Shown: piece by piece, positions 19,331 to 28,367 of the stretch
Layout: the number at the start of each line of letters is the position of its first letter
How positions within the stretch are numbered: position 1 is the first letter of the stretch
Source: Alphaproteobacteria bacterium
GTDB taxonomy: Bacteria; Pseudomonadota; Alphaproteobacteria; UBA828
Reading direction: 5' to 3'
Length of the DNA stretch: 64,000 nucleotides
NCBI GenBank assembly: GCA_965221125.1
Contig: CBDCRW010000005.1
Coordinates: forward strand, 700,419-764,418
Notes under the pieces: model-generated
Databases searched by the model: none
Told to the model about the DNA's origin: nothing
The model's input: only the letters and a program-made list of their open reading frames with translations
Program-made: the position numbers and the translations under genes

Positions 19331-19898
19331 ACATCCGGGAATCCCGCTTCCTTCTTTGCCGCGCAGACGAGTCAGTTAGCCGCTCCCGCCATGGCAATCC
19401 GCTATGTTGACCGCGCCTGTGATTCGATTTGCAACAGGCTACGGTGCTTCATGTGCGAGCCACCGTGCCAGGCCGGAAGATCGTGAAGATCGGTGTTTGA
19501 CATCAACCGCCCCATTACGGAAGACGCAGCTGGTGGCTTCGCTGTCCGAATCGACGGGGCTGCCGAAGAAAGACGTCGCGGCGGTGTTCGACGAGCTCGG
19601 TGTTCTCATCGAGCGCCACATCAAGAAGCGCGCGGTCGGCACCTTTACGCTGCCCGGCCTTCTGAGGATCACCCGCGCGCGCAAGCCCGCCAGGAAGGCG
19701 CGGACGATGATCTCGCCACGGACCGGCGAAGAAATCCAGGTGGCCGCAAAACCGGCGTCCACGGCGGTCAAGCTTCGGCCGCTGGCGGGCCTCAAGCGGA
19801 TGGTGGAATAGCTCTCCGCCGCCCGGTCGAAACGGCGCCCGCGTTCCGGCGATACGTCCCGGCATGTGAGACGCATCGGCGCGCGCCGGAGTTCCGCC

Positions 19899-20741
19899 TC
19901 AGATGAGTTCGATATCCCTCGCCTGAAGGCCGCGCGCTCCCTGCTCCACCATCACGCTCACGCGCTGGCCCGCTTCCAGGCCGCCAAGGCCCGCACGATT
20001 GAGCACGATGCCCGGCACGAACACGTCAGGCCCGCCGTCGTCCGGCACCACGAAGCCGTAGCCCTTGGCCGCGTTGTAGAACTTGACCAGGCCGGAACGC
20101 TCCTCGGCCGGCCCGGCCGGCTGGCCGCGCTCCCACCTTTGCTCGCGCCGGTCCCGGTACGGCTCGTCGCGGCCCGCAGGTTGGGCCATGGCGGTCGAGG
20201 CATCGACGGCGACGATCGACGATACCATCGGACCCCGCTGGCCTTCCGCCACCTCGCAGGTCACGGTCGCGCCCTGCGGGAGCGTGTCGTATCCGGCGTC
20301 CCGGACAGCAGAGGCATGGCAGAACACGTCGGGCGAGCCGTCGTCGGGGACCAGGAACCCGAAGCCTTTCGACGGAACGAACCATTTCACGACAGCCTCG
20401 ACGCGGCGGGACGGAGCCGGACTCCGCTCGCCATGAAGGCGTCCGTAATCGCCGCGCGGCGGCCCGCCGCTCCCCGGTGGGCTCGTGGTCGCGGTCGACG
20501 TATCGACGGCATGGATCTGCCAGACCTGCAGGCCCTGACGGCCCTGCTCGACCTCACAGGTGACGGTCGCGCCCTCGGGAAGAGTGTCAAAGCCTGCCTG
20601 CGACACCGCCGAGATATGGCAGAACACGTCGGCCGAGCCGTCGTCCTGCGTCAGGAAACCGAACCCCTTCACCGGATTGAACCACTTCACTGTCGCCACG
20701 ACCGCGGCGCCGGGCGCCGATCCTGAACCGCCTTCCCGCAT
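19899..20741 (-). CDS. Cold-shock protein with three tandem CSDs
   Basis: Three VK(W/F)(F/Y)...KG(F/Y)GF...DVF repeats; start at 20741 chosen. Confidence 0.88.
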   Translation of the reverse strand: MREGGSGSAPGAAVVATVKWFNPVKGFGFLTQDDGSADVFCHISAVSQAGFDTLPEGATVTCEVEQGRQGLQVWQIHAVDTSTATTSPPGSGGPPRGDYGRLHGERSPAPSRRVEAVVKWFVPSKGFGFLVPDDGSPDVFCHASAVRDAGYDTLPQGATVTCEVAEGQRGPMVSSIVAVDASTAMAQPAGRDEPYRDRREQRWERGQPAGPAEERSGLVKFYNAAKGYGFVVPDDGGPDVFVPGIVLNRAGLGGLEAGQRVSVMVEQGARGLQARDIELI

Positions 20742-21050
20742 TCCGAACGACCTGCCTTCCGTGAGTTGCCGGGCCGCGCCCGCCGCCGGGCCGCCATCAT
20801 AGCCACGGCCGGGACGCGGCGACAGACCGGCGGACGCCTCGTGATCTGCCCCGGCCGTCCCCCGGATCACCAATCGGCGGCGCCTGCCACCCCTGCACGT
20901 CTCCGCCCCGCCGCCTCACCGTCGCCCCTCCGCCGCCACACGCCTGCGCGCCGGCATGAGCGAGAGCTCGGCCGTGACGCGGGCGGCGGGGGCGGCGCTG
21001 TGGAGCGTGTCCTCGCCGTCGGCAACCACCACCGGGGGAGACGGCAGACC

Positions 21051-21374
21051 ATGCAGACCGGCCGGATGTTCCATCGCAACGCGCGGACGTTCTTGATCCA
21101 CCTGTTCGGCAGAGGCCTCGACGACGAGCGCTACGTGGTCGAGACCTACCGCTCCCTCCCCAGCGGCGAGATCCGTGCCGTCGACGCCGGGCAGCCCGAG
21201 ACGAAGGGCCGGCGCAGGCCGCGCCGGAAGATCGTCTCGCGCAAGGCGGTCCGGGAGATGCGCCCCGAACGCGACGAGATCATCATCTGCACGGGGGTCA
21301 AGCTGGCCCGCTCCGGGGTCCAAATGTGGGGCTGCGCCGCCTCGGGCCTGAGCACCCTGCGCAACGCGCGCTGA
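21051..21374 (+). CDS. Hypothetical basic protein
   Basis: GGGGAG RBS upstream; ends 15 bp before the next gene. Confidence 0.5.
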   Translation: MQTGRMFHRNARTFLIHLFGRGLDDERYVVETYRSLPSGEIRAVDAGQPETKGRRRPRRKIVSRKAVREMRPERDEIIICTGVKLARSGVQMWGCAASGLSTLRNAR

Positions 21375-21389
21375 CTGGGAAGCCAAGCC

Positions 21390-22196
21390 ATGCCGCTCAA
21401 GGACCCTGCGAAGCAGGCGCGGGATCGTCGCCACCGTCTGCGCCACGCCGATTGCCTCGCCAGTGGCGTATGCACGCGCTGCGCCAAGCGTCCCCCCGAG
21501 CCCGGACTCAAGGTTTGCGGTAGTTGCGCCGAGAAAAGGCGCGCCGCCGACCGCGCCCGTCGTGCCAAAGCCAGGCAGCAGGGGGTGCCATACGGCGGCC
21601 GGGATCCGGAGCAGTGCCGCCGCGCCGACCGCGCCGGCGACAGGCGCCGCCGCCGGGCGCGTCAGGAGGCAGGGCTATGCTCGTCCTGCGGCCGGCGCCG
21701 GCCGGAAGACAACCGCTCCGTGTGCGAGCCATGCCGCGAGGCACGCCGCGCACTCGACCGCCGGCGCTATGCCGCGCGGCGCGCCACCGGCCGTTGCGTG
21801 CGCTGTGCGCAGCCCACGGTCGGCGACCTGTCGCGCTGCGGCCGGTGCCTCGCGCTGGAGAAGGAACGCGTCTGTGCCGAGCGGGCAAATGCCGCCGGGA
21901 AGAGACGCTATGTCGCGAGACGCGCGCGGGGCGCGTGTGTGGATTGTGGAGTCCCCACCGGGGGCACGGCCCGCTGTCCGCGCTGCGCATATCGTTCCAA
22001 CTCCCGCGCGCCAGAGCGTCACCTGGTGTCGCTCTGGCCGCCGCAGATCACCGTGGTCGAATTAGAAACAGGCGACGAGCTGGGCGTCTTCGAGACCGAA
22101 TCCGAAGCCGCCGCCTGCATCGCCTTCGCCCGCCTGCGTCCCGACCAGGTCGAAGTCCTCTCCAACGTGCCGCTCTTGGCCCTGTCGCCGTCATGA
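21390..22196 (+). CDS. Arg/Cys-rich protein with four tandem CxxC...CxxC Zn-ribbon repeats
   Basis: CTRC/CGSC, CSSC/CEPC, CVRC/CGRC and CVDC/CPRC pairs, followed by an acidic C-terminal domain. Confidence 0.7.
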   Translation: MPLKDPAKQARDRRHRLRHADCLASGVCTRCAKRPPEPGLKVCGSCAEKRRAADRARRAKARQQGVPYGGRDPEQCRRADRAGDRRRRRARQEAGLCSSCGRRRPEDNRSVCEPCREARRALDRRRYAARRATGRCVRCAQPTVGDLSRCGRCLALEKERVCAERANAAGKRRYVARRARGACVDCGVPTGGTARCPRCAYRSNSRAPERHLVSLWPPQITVVELETGDELGVFETESEAAACIAFARLRPDQVEVLSNVPLLALSPS

Positions 22197-22437
22197 GCGC
22201 GGACCCGCCGCGGCCGTCCCGAACGTGAGCCCGCTCCCGACATTCGCAATCCCGAATCGGCGCCGCGGCAGTCACCGGCCGTGCGGTCCGCGAGGCCCTC
22301 GTGAACCCGGCGAGCCTCGGAGCAGGCCGCGGCCAGGAGGAGGTGAAGAGCTTTCGAGGAGTGAACTGGAGGTGGATCGAGAGAGACCGCCCCGTTCGCC
22401 AACCATCGTCAGAACTCGCACGTGAAGGAGCACGATC

Positions 22438-22884
22438 ATGAGTTTCGGACTGAACCGCGCAGAAGTCATTGGCCGCCTGGGTGCGGACGTCACCGTCAAC
22501 AGCCTCGCCTCCGGCGGGCGCGTCGCCAATATGAGCATTGCGACCGACGAGAGCTACGTCGAGAAGCAGACAGGGAATCGGATCGACAAGACCGAGTGGC
22601 ATCGCGCCGTCACCTTCCAGGACGGGCTGATCGACATGCTGGCGAAGCACGCGAAGAAGGGCCGCTTGGTCTACGTCGCCGGCAAGATGCAGACCAGGAA
22701 GTGGCGCAAGGACGGCGAGGACAGCGACCGGTTCTCGACCGAGATCCTGCTCGTCCCCGGTGGACGCGTGCAATTTTTGGACAAGCCTGCCGGCACCAAC
22801 GGCAACGGCACCGCGCCGGCCAACGGTGACGATGCGCAGGCGGCCGCATCGGCCGACGCCCAGGGCACCGGGATTCCCTTCTGA
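22438..22884 (+). CDS. ssb: Single-stranded DNA-binding protein
   Basis: LNRAEVIGRLG.D, TEWHR and KGRLVYVAGK motifs, C-terminal IPF; AAGGAG RBS. Confidence 0.95.
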   Translation: MSFGLNRAEVIGRLGADVTVNSLASGGRVANMSIATDESYVEKQTGNRIDKTEWHRAVTFQDGLIDMLAKHAKKGRLVYVAGKMQTRKWRKDGEDSDRFSTEILLVPGGRVQFLDKPAGTNGNGTAPANGDDAQAAASADAQGTGIPF

Positions 22885-23044
22885 ACGGCCTGTCCTCGCA
22901 GCGGGTGCCTCCCGCCCGCTCGCCCCTGGGGCCGTGTTCCGCGTCATCTCCCGCGCGGGGCACGGCCCCTTCCTTCTTCAACCATGGCACGCGGCAGGCA
23001 CCCTCCGGGCGCCGCCGCGCGCCGTTCGTCCAGGAGGTTCTGCC

Positions 23045-23344
23045 ATGTCCGGCTACAGCCTCACCGCCGACGACATCGCCTTCCGCTCATGCGGCGATGA
23101 CGAGTGGCTCGTCATCGCGGACGGCGAGACCGTCGGCACCGTCATGAAGCGCCCCGCCTACACCACTCCCGATCGCGGGGTCTACTACATACACCTCTAC
23201 GACGACTTCGCAGGACCCGTGCCGGTCGAGGATGCGCGCGCCGTGCGCGCGACAGTGGCCGAGCTGCTGATCACGCGTGATCTCGCGCCCGCGATGCCGA
23301 TCGTGCATCCCGCCTGGCTGGTGCAGCAGCACGCGGGCGCCTGA
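23045..23344 (+). CDS. Hypothetical protein
   Basis: AGGAGG RBS; coding-like composition (MSGYSLTADDIAF...). Confidence 0.65.
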   Translation: MSGYSLTADDIAFRSCGDDEWLVIADGETVGTVMKRPAYTTPDRGVYYIHLYDDFAGPVPVEDARAVRATVAELLITRDLAPAMPIVHPAWLVQQHAGA

Positions 23345-23557
23345 CAGCACCACCGCCGTCCTCCGGCACCCTGGGGGCCGCGCCTGCGCCGATGACCGGC
23401 GCGTGCGCGTGCCCCCTTCTTCATGCAGCACGACCAGAGCCCCGTCCCGCCGGGCAGCGGCGCGGGTGCGCTGCGCGCCTCCCCGCCGCCCGCGCGCCGC
23501 CGAGAGTCCGAGCCCGGCCGGAACCCGGGCACTCTCTGGACGGAGCGGGGGAGCCCC

Positions 23558-24661
23558 ATGAACGCCACCCGGATCGCCAAGGCCCTCGGCGAGCGCGCCG
23601 AGGAGGTCTGCCGCGCCTATCTGCCCCACGGGCGCAGGCAGGGGAGGTACTGGACCGCCGGCGACATTCGCGGCGCCCGCGGGCGCTCGCTTTTCGTCCG
23701 CCTCGCGCCTCCCGGCATCCCAGGCAAGTGGACCGACTCAGCAGAGGGCACGCATGGCGACCTCCTCGATCTCATCCGCCACCGCATGGGGGACGTGCCG
23801 CTGCGCGACGCCATGGCTGAGGCCCGCGCCTTCCTCGCCCTGCCGGCTGCGCCGGCATCGGGCTCGGCCGACGCGTACGACCCCTGCGAGGCGGCACGCC
23901 GCCTTTGGCGGCGCTGCCGCGCCATCGACGGCACCCACGCCGAGGCGTACCTCAGGGCCCGCGCCATCCACCGCTGCCGCTTTCCCGCGCTACGCTTCCA
24001 TCCCTCTCTCTTCTACCGCGACGGCGGCGGCGTGCACCGCCTGCCGGCATTGGTCGCCGCCGTCACCGCCGACACAGGGGAACACCCCGGCCCAGGGGAA
24101 CACCTTGGTCCGGAGGACCGCTCCGGTCCAGGTGAGTGCCTCGACCCGGGGGAGCAGCGCACGCATGGCGCCATCGTCGGCGTCCATCGCACGTGGCTCG
24201 ATCCCCGGCGTCCCGCGAAGGCAGACGTGTCGTTCCCCCGCAAGGCCCTCGGCCGTGTCCATGGCCATGCCGTCCGCTTCGGCGACCCCAGCACCGGCAC
24301 GCTGCTGGTGGGGGAGGGCATCGAGACCATGCTCTCCATCGTTACCGCCGTGCCGACCGTCATCGCCGCTGCCGCGCTCTCGGCCGGTGGCCTCGGCGCC
24401 TTCACGCCGCCAACGGGCGTCGCACGTCTCGTCGTGGCCTGCGACAACGACGAGGCGGGAGAGCGTGCCGCGCTTCGACTGCGCCGGCGATGTTCTGCTC
24501 TGCGCATCGAGTGCGCCGTTGTCGTCTCCCAGACCGGCGACTTCAACGAGGACATCGTGACCTTCGGCCCGCACGCCCTGGCCGCCCGCATCGCGCCCTT
24601 GGTCCGCACCGCCGCGGCATTGCCGGCAGGCAGGAAAGAAACAGGAGGCCGTGCGTGTTGA
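23558..24661 (+). CDS. Toprim-domain (primase-like) protein of ICE/plasmid backbones
   Basis: GKWTD...GDLLDLI, AEAYLRARAI, GVHRTWL, VGEGIET, VACDNDEAG and GDFNED motifs. Confidence 0.85.
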   Translation: MNATRIAKALGERAEEVCRAYLPHGRRQGRYWTAGDIRGARGRSLFVRLAPPGIPGKWTDSAEGTHGDLLDLIRHRMGDVPLRDAMAEARAFLALPAAPASGSADAYDPCEAARRLWRRCRAIDGTHAEAYLRARAIHRCRFPALRFHPSLFYRDGGGVHRLPALVAAVTADTGEHPGPGEHLGPEDRSGPGECLDPGEQRTHGAIVGVHRTWLDPRRPAKADVSFPRKALGRVHGHAVRFGDPSTGTLLVGEGIETMLSIVTAVPTVIAAAALSAGGLGAFTPPTGVARLVVACDNDEAGERAALRLRRRCSALRIECAVVVSQTGDFNEDIVTFGPHALAARIAPLVRTAAALPAGRKETGGRAC

Positions 24662-24753
24662 AATGGAAGCCTCTTCCGTCGTGTCCTCCAATTCTTCCAC
24701 GCGTGCTCGCACCAGCAACCCTGCGGGTCCTCCAGTCGCTCCGCTCCTTCCGG

Positions 24754-25083
24754 CCTGGCCCAAGGAACTGTAAGGGCGGGCCGTGAAGTTCGGCGACCGT
24801 GAAGATGGCTTGCGTGTAATCGCCAACCGCCTCGTCTCGCAGCGCGCCGGCCCCTCTCGCGGGGCCGCCGCGTCACGCTGCACCGCCTCAAATCCATTCG
24901 CGGAACCATTCATGGCGGCGCCTAGACGCCGGGCAGGCCCAAGCGGGCCTGCCCGGCCCGGCGCCGTAAGGACCACTGGAATGGATTTGCTGCGGAGCAC
25001 CGTTCCCACCGGCACGGCGGCGCCATCTTCCGCACCATCGCCAAACTTCCGCACCACCCCGCCCAACAGTTCCTAAGGCCAGG
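24754..25083. promoter_or_regulatory. ~330-nt nested inverted-repeat fold-back, candidate ssDNA promoter or priming signal (Frpo/ssi-like)
   Basis: Nested pairs CCTGGCC/GGCCAGG, AGGAACTGT/ACAGTTCCT, GGGCGGG/CCCGCCC, GAAGATGGC/GCCATCTTC and AAATCCATTC/GAATGGATTT, with a 12-bp apical stem at 24929-24956. Confidence 0.55.
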
Positions 25084-25163
25084 TGCTGATCCTGCGCGCG
25101 CGTGAAGAAGGAGGACACCACGACGGGGCACAGGGTCCCGGAGGGCGAACAAGGGAGATCGTC

Positions 25164-26078
25164 ATGATCGACACCACAAGCGCTACCGCTTCTGCAACTG
25201 CTACGGTCTGCGAGAGCATGGCCCTCTACGGCACGGCGCCCGAGCGCGGCGAGCTCGACAGCAGGGTCGTCTGGGACGAGGACGACGCCACCGATGCGCT
25301 GAGCGAGGCCATCCGCGTCATCGTCGTCGGCGTCACCGTCGATGGCACGCAGATGGCCGACGAGCGCGAGCCCCTGATGTGGGGCTTCGTCAACATGCTG
25401 CACTCCCAGGTCGCCAGGCTCGACCGCGCCGTCGACCGCATCACCCCCGAGATGCGCGACCTCGAGAAGGCGCAGGATGGATCGGAGGTGAAGGCCTGGG
25501 AGTTGCAGACCCTCACGGACCGGGCGCAGAGCCTCGGCGACCGCCGCGACGCCTTCGAGAAGATGCGCGACATCGCAGCCGATGCCTACCGCGTCGAGAC
25601 CGGCGATACATGGCGCCCGAGGCACGGCTCGCACACGAGCCGCACAGGGACGCTGACCTCCGCCGCCATCGATGCCCGCGACTTCCGCAGAGCCCGCAAG
25701 GACCGCGAGACCCGCGCGCACCTGCCCGAGGGCACCCTGGTCGCGATCACCGGCGGCAAGGCCGTCGCCGATGCCGACGCGGTCTGGAGCACGCTCGACC
25801 GCGCCCGCGAGAAGTACGGCGACATGGTGCTGGTCCACGGCGGCGGCCCCGGCGTCGAGAAGATCGCGGCGAGCTGGGCCGAGGCCAGAGGCGTCAACCA
25901 GGTCGTCTGCCGCCCCGACTGGACCGCCCACGGCAAGGCCGCGCCCTTCCGCCGCAACGACGAGCTGCTCAACCTGCTGCCCAAGGGCGTCATCGCCTTC
26001 CCAGGCTCAGGCATCACGGGCAACCTGGTCGACAAGGCGAAGCGCTTGGGCATTCCCGTGATGGTCGTACCGGCCTGA
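25164..26078 (+). CDS. DUF2493 / SLOG (YspA-like) domain protein
   Basis: WRPRHGS, VLVHGGGPGVEKIAASWA, APFRRND and AFPGSGITGNL motifs. Confidence 0.8.
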   Translation: MIDTTSATASATATVCESMALYGTAPERGELDSRVVWDEDDATDALSEAIRVIVVGVTVDGTQMADEREPLMWGFVNMLHSQVARLDRAVDRITPEMRDLEKAQDGSEVKAWELQTLTDRAQSLGDRRDAFEKMRDIAADAYRVETGDTWRPRHGSHTSRTGTLTSAAIDARDFRRARKDRETRAHLPEGTLVAITGGKAVADADAVWSTLDRAREKYGDMVLVHGGGPGVEKIAASWAEARGVNQVVCRPDWTAHGKAAPFRRNDELLNLLPKGVIAFPGSGITGNLVDKAKRLGIPVMVVPA

Positions 26079-26099
26079 TCGGCGCCCGCGACAGACACA

Positions 26100-26140
26100 G
26101 CGGTCGGTGCCTCACGGCACCGACCGCGTTCTGCGTTTTC
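26100..26140 (+). terminator. Probable intrinsic terminator
   Basis: 12-bp stem GCGGTCGGTGCC-TCAC-GGCACCGACCGC followed by a weak T-rich tail. Confidence 0.55.
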
Positions 26141-27282
26141 ACGACGGCTGTCAATGCGCGCAGTCCGGTGCACCCGACCGCCGGTATCCGTATCGGCCAC
26201 CGGTGTGCGCCCTCGATGGCCGGTGCCGCCGCGCTTCGCGCAGGCGGCGCTCGCGCTCTCTGCGGTCGCTGGCCATCCCACATCACTCCGAGCCCCGCGT
26301 CCGGCTCGGCGCTACGCGCCATCGCCGGACGCTCGTCTCGCTGCAGAGAGACACACCGCGACTCAGTACGCGAAGTCAGAACCGCGGTCGAGCCGCGCGC
26401 CGCCATCGCCGGCCTTTGCAGCGGCGCGCGCATGGACTGCGCGCGCTCGCGCTTGTGCCGATGACGATGATCGCGGCGATGAAGATGGCGATGGTGCGCC
26501 GTCGACCGCCGCCGCCGACATCGTGCCGCAAATCACCTTCGACCGATGGACTGCAAGTCCCATGCGCGTGCTCGGCGTCAGCGCCGTCGCCGAAGACGAC
26601 GAGCGCCTCCGCGGTTCGACGGACATTGGTGCCGTCGCGCCTGAACGGCCCGACGTCACCACGTCCGACACTCGTGACGATCATGGTGATCGGTCCACTG
26701 CGCCGACCATGATCGCTTGCCTCATTTCTACCGCATCTCCGAACGCCGCCAAGTCTGCGAGAACATGCGCCTGCACGAGCTCGGCAGATCGATCCCCGCG
26801 TGCATCCCGAGCCGTGCCGAGCGCACCGGAATCGCCACACACGGACAACACAAGTCGCCAATTGTGTTCTACATAACGCGTGCCATAAGAAATTCCGCGT
26901 ATGCTCTGCGAAATACGCCCGAATTCCCGGATTCCTGGCCTCACCGTGCCTCCTGCGCCCCCTAAGTGGCTGGGCCTGATAGCTTTTCTGCGGACCCCTG
27001 GACCTGTCTTACGCCTTGAGGCGTTTTTTGCTCTCACACCTGACGCAGCCCGCTGCAGGCCTACGACAACACTACGCTCAGGCACGCGCAGGATACAGCC
27101 TGCTACGATACTTCGTAGAAGAGCGTAGCTCAGAGGGGCCGGAATAACTGCGTCGCATTTTGCGTCGCTCCGAGCTACATAAGAATTGTTCCGTAAGCGG
27201 TATCGATCCCCCATACTTCCAACGAATCTGATTTCGCGGCTGACTCTGGGCCTTGGCAAGGAGCCCTGGAGGAGGCATCGCG

Positions 27283-27927
27283 ATGAAGGATTTGGATTTG
27301 CTGCGTGGCCACGAGTTCGGCGGTCACTCGGTCGAGGCACCAGCGCCTGAAGAAGCCGCCCCATCTGCTGCAGCTCCACCTACACCATCCACAGCAACTG
27401 ATCCGGCTCATCACACTCGGCGATCATGGTCTGCCGAGGAGAAGGCGCGGATTGTCGCGGAGAGCGACAGACCGGGGGCCGTGCAGAAGGAGGTCGCGGC
27501 TCGCCACGGCATCACCGGGCAAACTCTTCGTCAGTGGCGCAGTCGGGCGCGCGCTCGTGGTCTCTCCGGCGCGCGCGGGGTGGCGGCATCCGGGAAGCGG
27601 GATGGCCGGCCTTGGCCGGATGATGTGAAGGCGCAGATCGTTGCGGAGAGCGAGCGCCCGGATGCATCGATATCGGCAGTTGCCCGCCGTCACGGCATCA
27701 GCGAGAGGACGCTGCGCACCTGGCGTCGTCAGGCGGCGAGTGGCGCTGGTGGTGATCGGCGGGGAGCCGAGTCTGCGCCTCCCTATATTCCGGTTGTGGT
27801 TGACGGGGCTGCGTCCGAGCAGACGGTCGCGATCGAGGCGCTGGGCGTCGTCGTTCGCCTTCCGGTGGAGAGCGCGGTCGATCGGATCGTGGCTGTGGCC
27901 TCGGGGCTGGGTCGGGCGTCGTCATGA
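27283..27927 (+). CDS. tnpA: IS66 TnpA with two HTH domains
   Basis: RRSWSAEEKARIVAES...VAARHGI and RPWPDDVKAQIVAES...VARRHGI. Confidence 0.85.
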   Translation: MKDLDLLRGHEFGGHSVEAPAPEEAAPSAAAPPTPSTATDPAHHTRRSWSAEEKARIVAESDRPGAVQKEVAARHGITGQTLRQWRSRARARGLSGARGVAASGKRDGRPWPDDVKAQIVAESERPDASISAVARRHGISERTLRTWRRQAASGAGGDRRGAESAPPYIPVVVDGAASEQTVAIEALGVVVRLPVESAVDRIVAVASGLGRASS

Positions 27928-28274
27928 TCGCGGGTCCCTCGCTTCGCATCGTGTTGGCGACGCGGCCGGTTGATTTTCGCCGGGGCCACGACGCTCTTGC
28001 GGCGACGGCGGCGGGGGAGCTGGACCTCGATATCTATTCCGGGGTGATCGTGATCTTCCGCTCGCGCCGCGGCGACAGGCTCAAGCTGCTCACCTGGGAC
28101 GGCACCGGTCTGGTGATGACCTACAAGCGTCTGGAGCAGGGCCGCTTCGCGTGGCCCGCGATTGAGGACGGTGTGATGCGCCTTACGAAGGGCCAGTTCG
28201 AGGCTCTCTTCGAGGGCCTTGACTGGCGCCGGGTGAAGGCCCGCCCGGTTCGCCGCCCGCTGGCAGCGGAGTGA
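27924..28274 (+). CDS. tnpB: IS66 accessory protein TnpB
   Basis: PVDFRRG, FRSRRGDRLKLLTWDGTG and KRLEQGRF motifs. Confidence 0.93.
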   Translation: MIAGPSLRIVLATRPVDFRRGHDALAATAAGELDLDIYSGVIVIFRSRRGDRLKLLTWDGTGLVMTYKRLEQGRFAWPAIEDGVMRLTKGQFEALFEGLDWRRVKARPVRRPLAAE

Positions 28275-28367
28275 AGAGACACGCAGGCGGGGGCGCAGAT
28301 TCTGGTCGAGGTCCCGCCTGCGCTTTTCTCTGGTCACGCATTGGCGAATCGGATTAAGGGATCAGTC

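Larger units (their letters stand above)
17869..19524 (+). mobile_element. IS110 family element, IS1111-type (1656 bp)
   Basis: 12-bp subterminal IR CCGTAATGGGGC (17871-17882) / GCCCCATTACGG (19509-19520); AAGA core at both junctions; long 3' non-coding end. Confidence 0.9.
17814..19811 (+). pseudogene. HU-family DNA-binding protein interrupted by an IS110/IS1111 element (pieces 17814-17868 and 19525-19811)
   Basis: Joining the pieces gives an in-frame 113-aa protein, MTTSAPRKATALKEAMTK-TQLVASLSESTGLPKKDV...FTLPGLL...ISPRTGEEIQVAAKPA. Confidence 0.9.

Noticed and set aside
19404-19811. Intact HU gene starting at 19404, as in the ORF track
   Set aside because: The first ~40 codons are IS sequence; the real N-terminus is at 17814.
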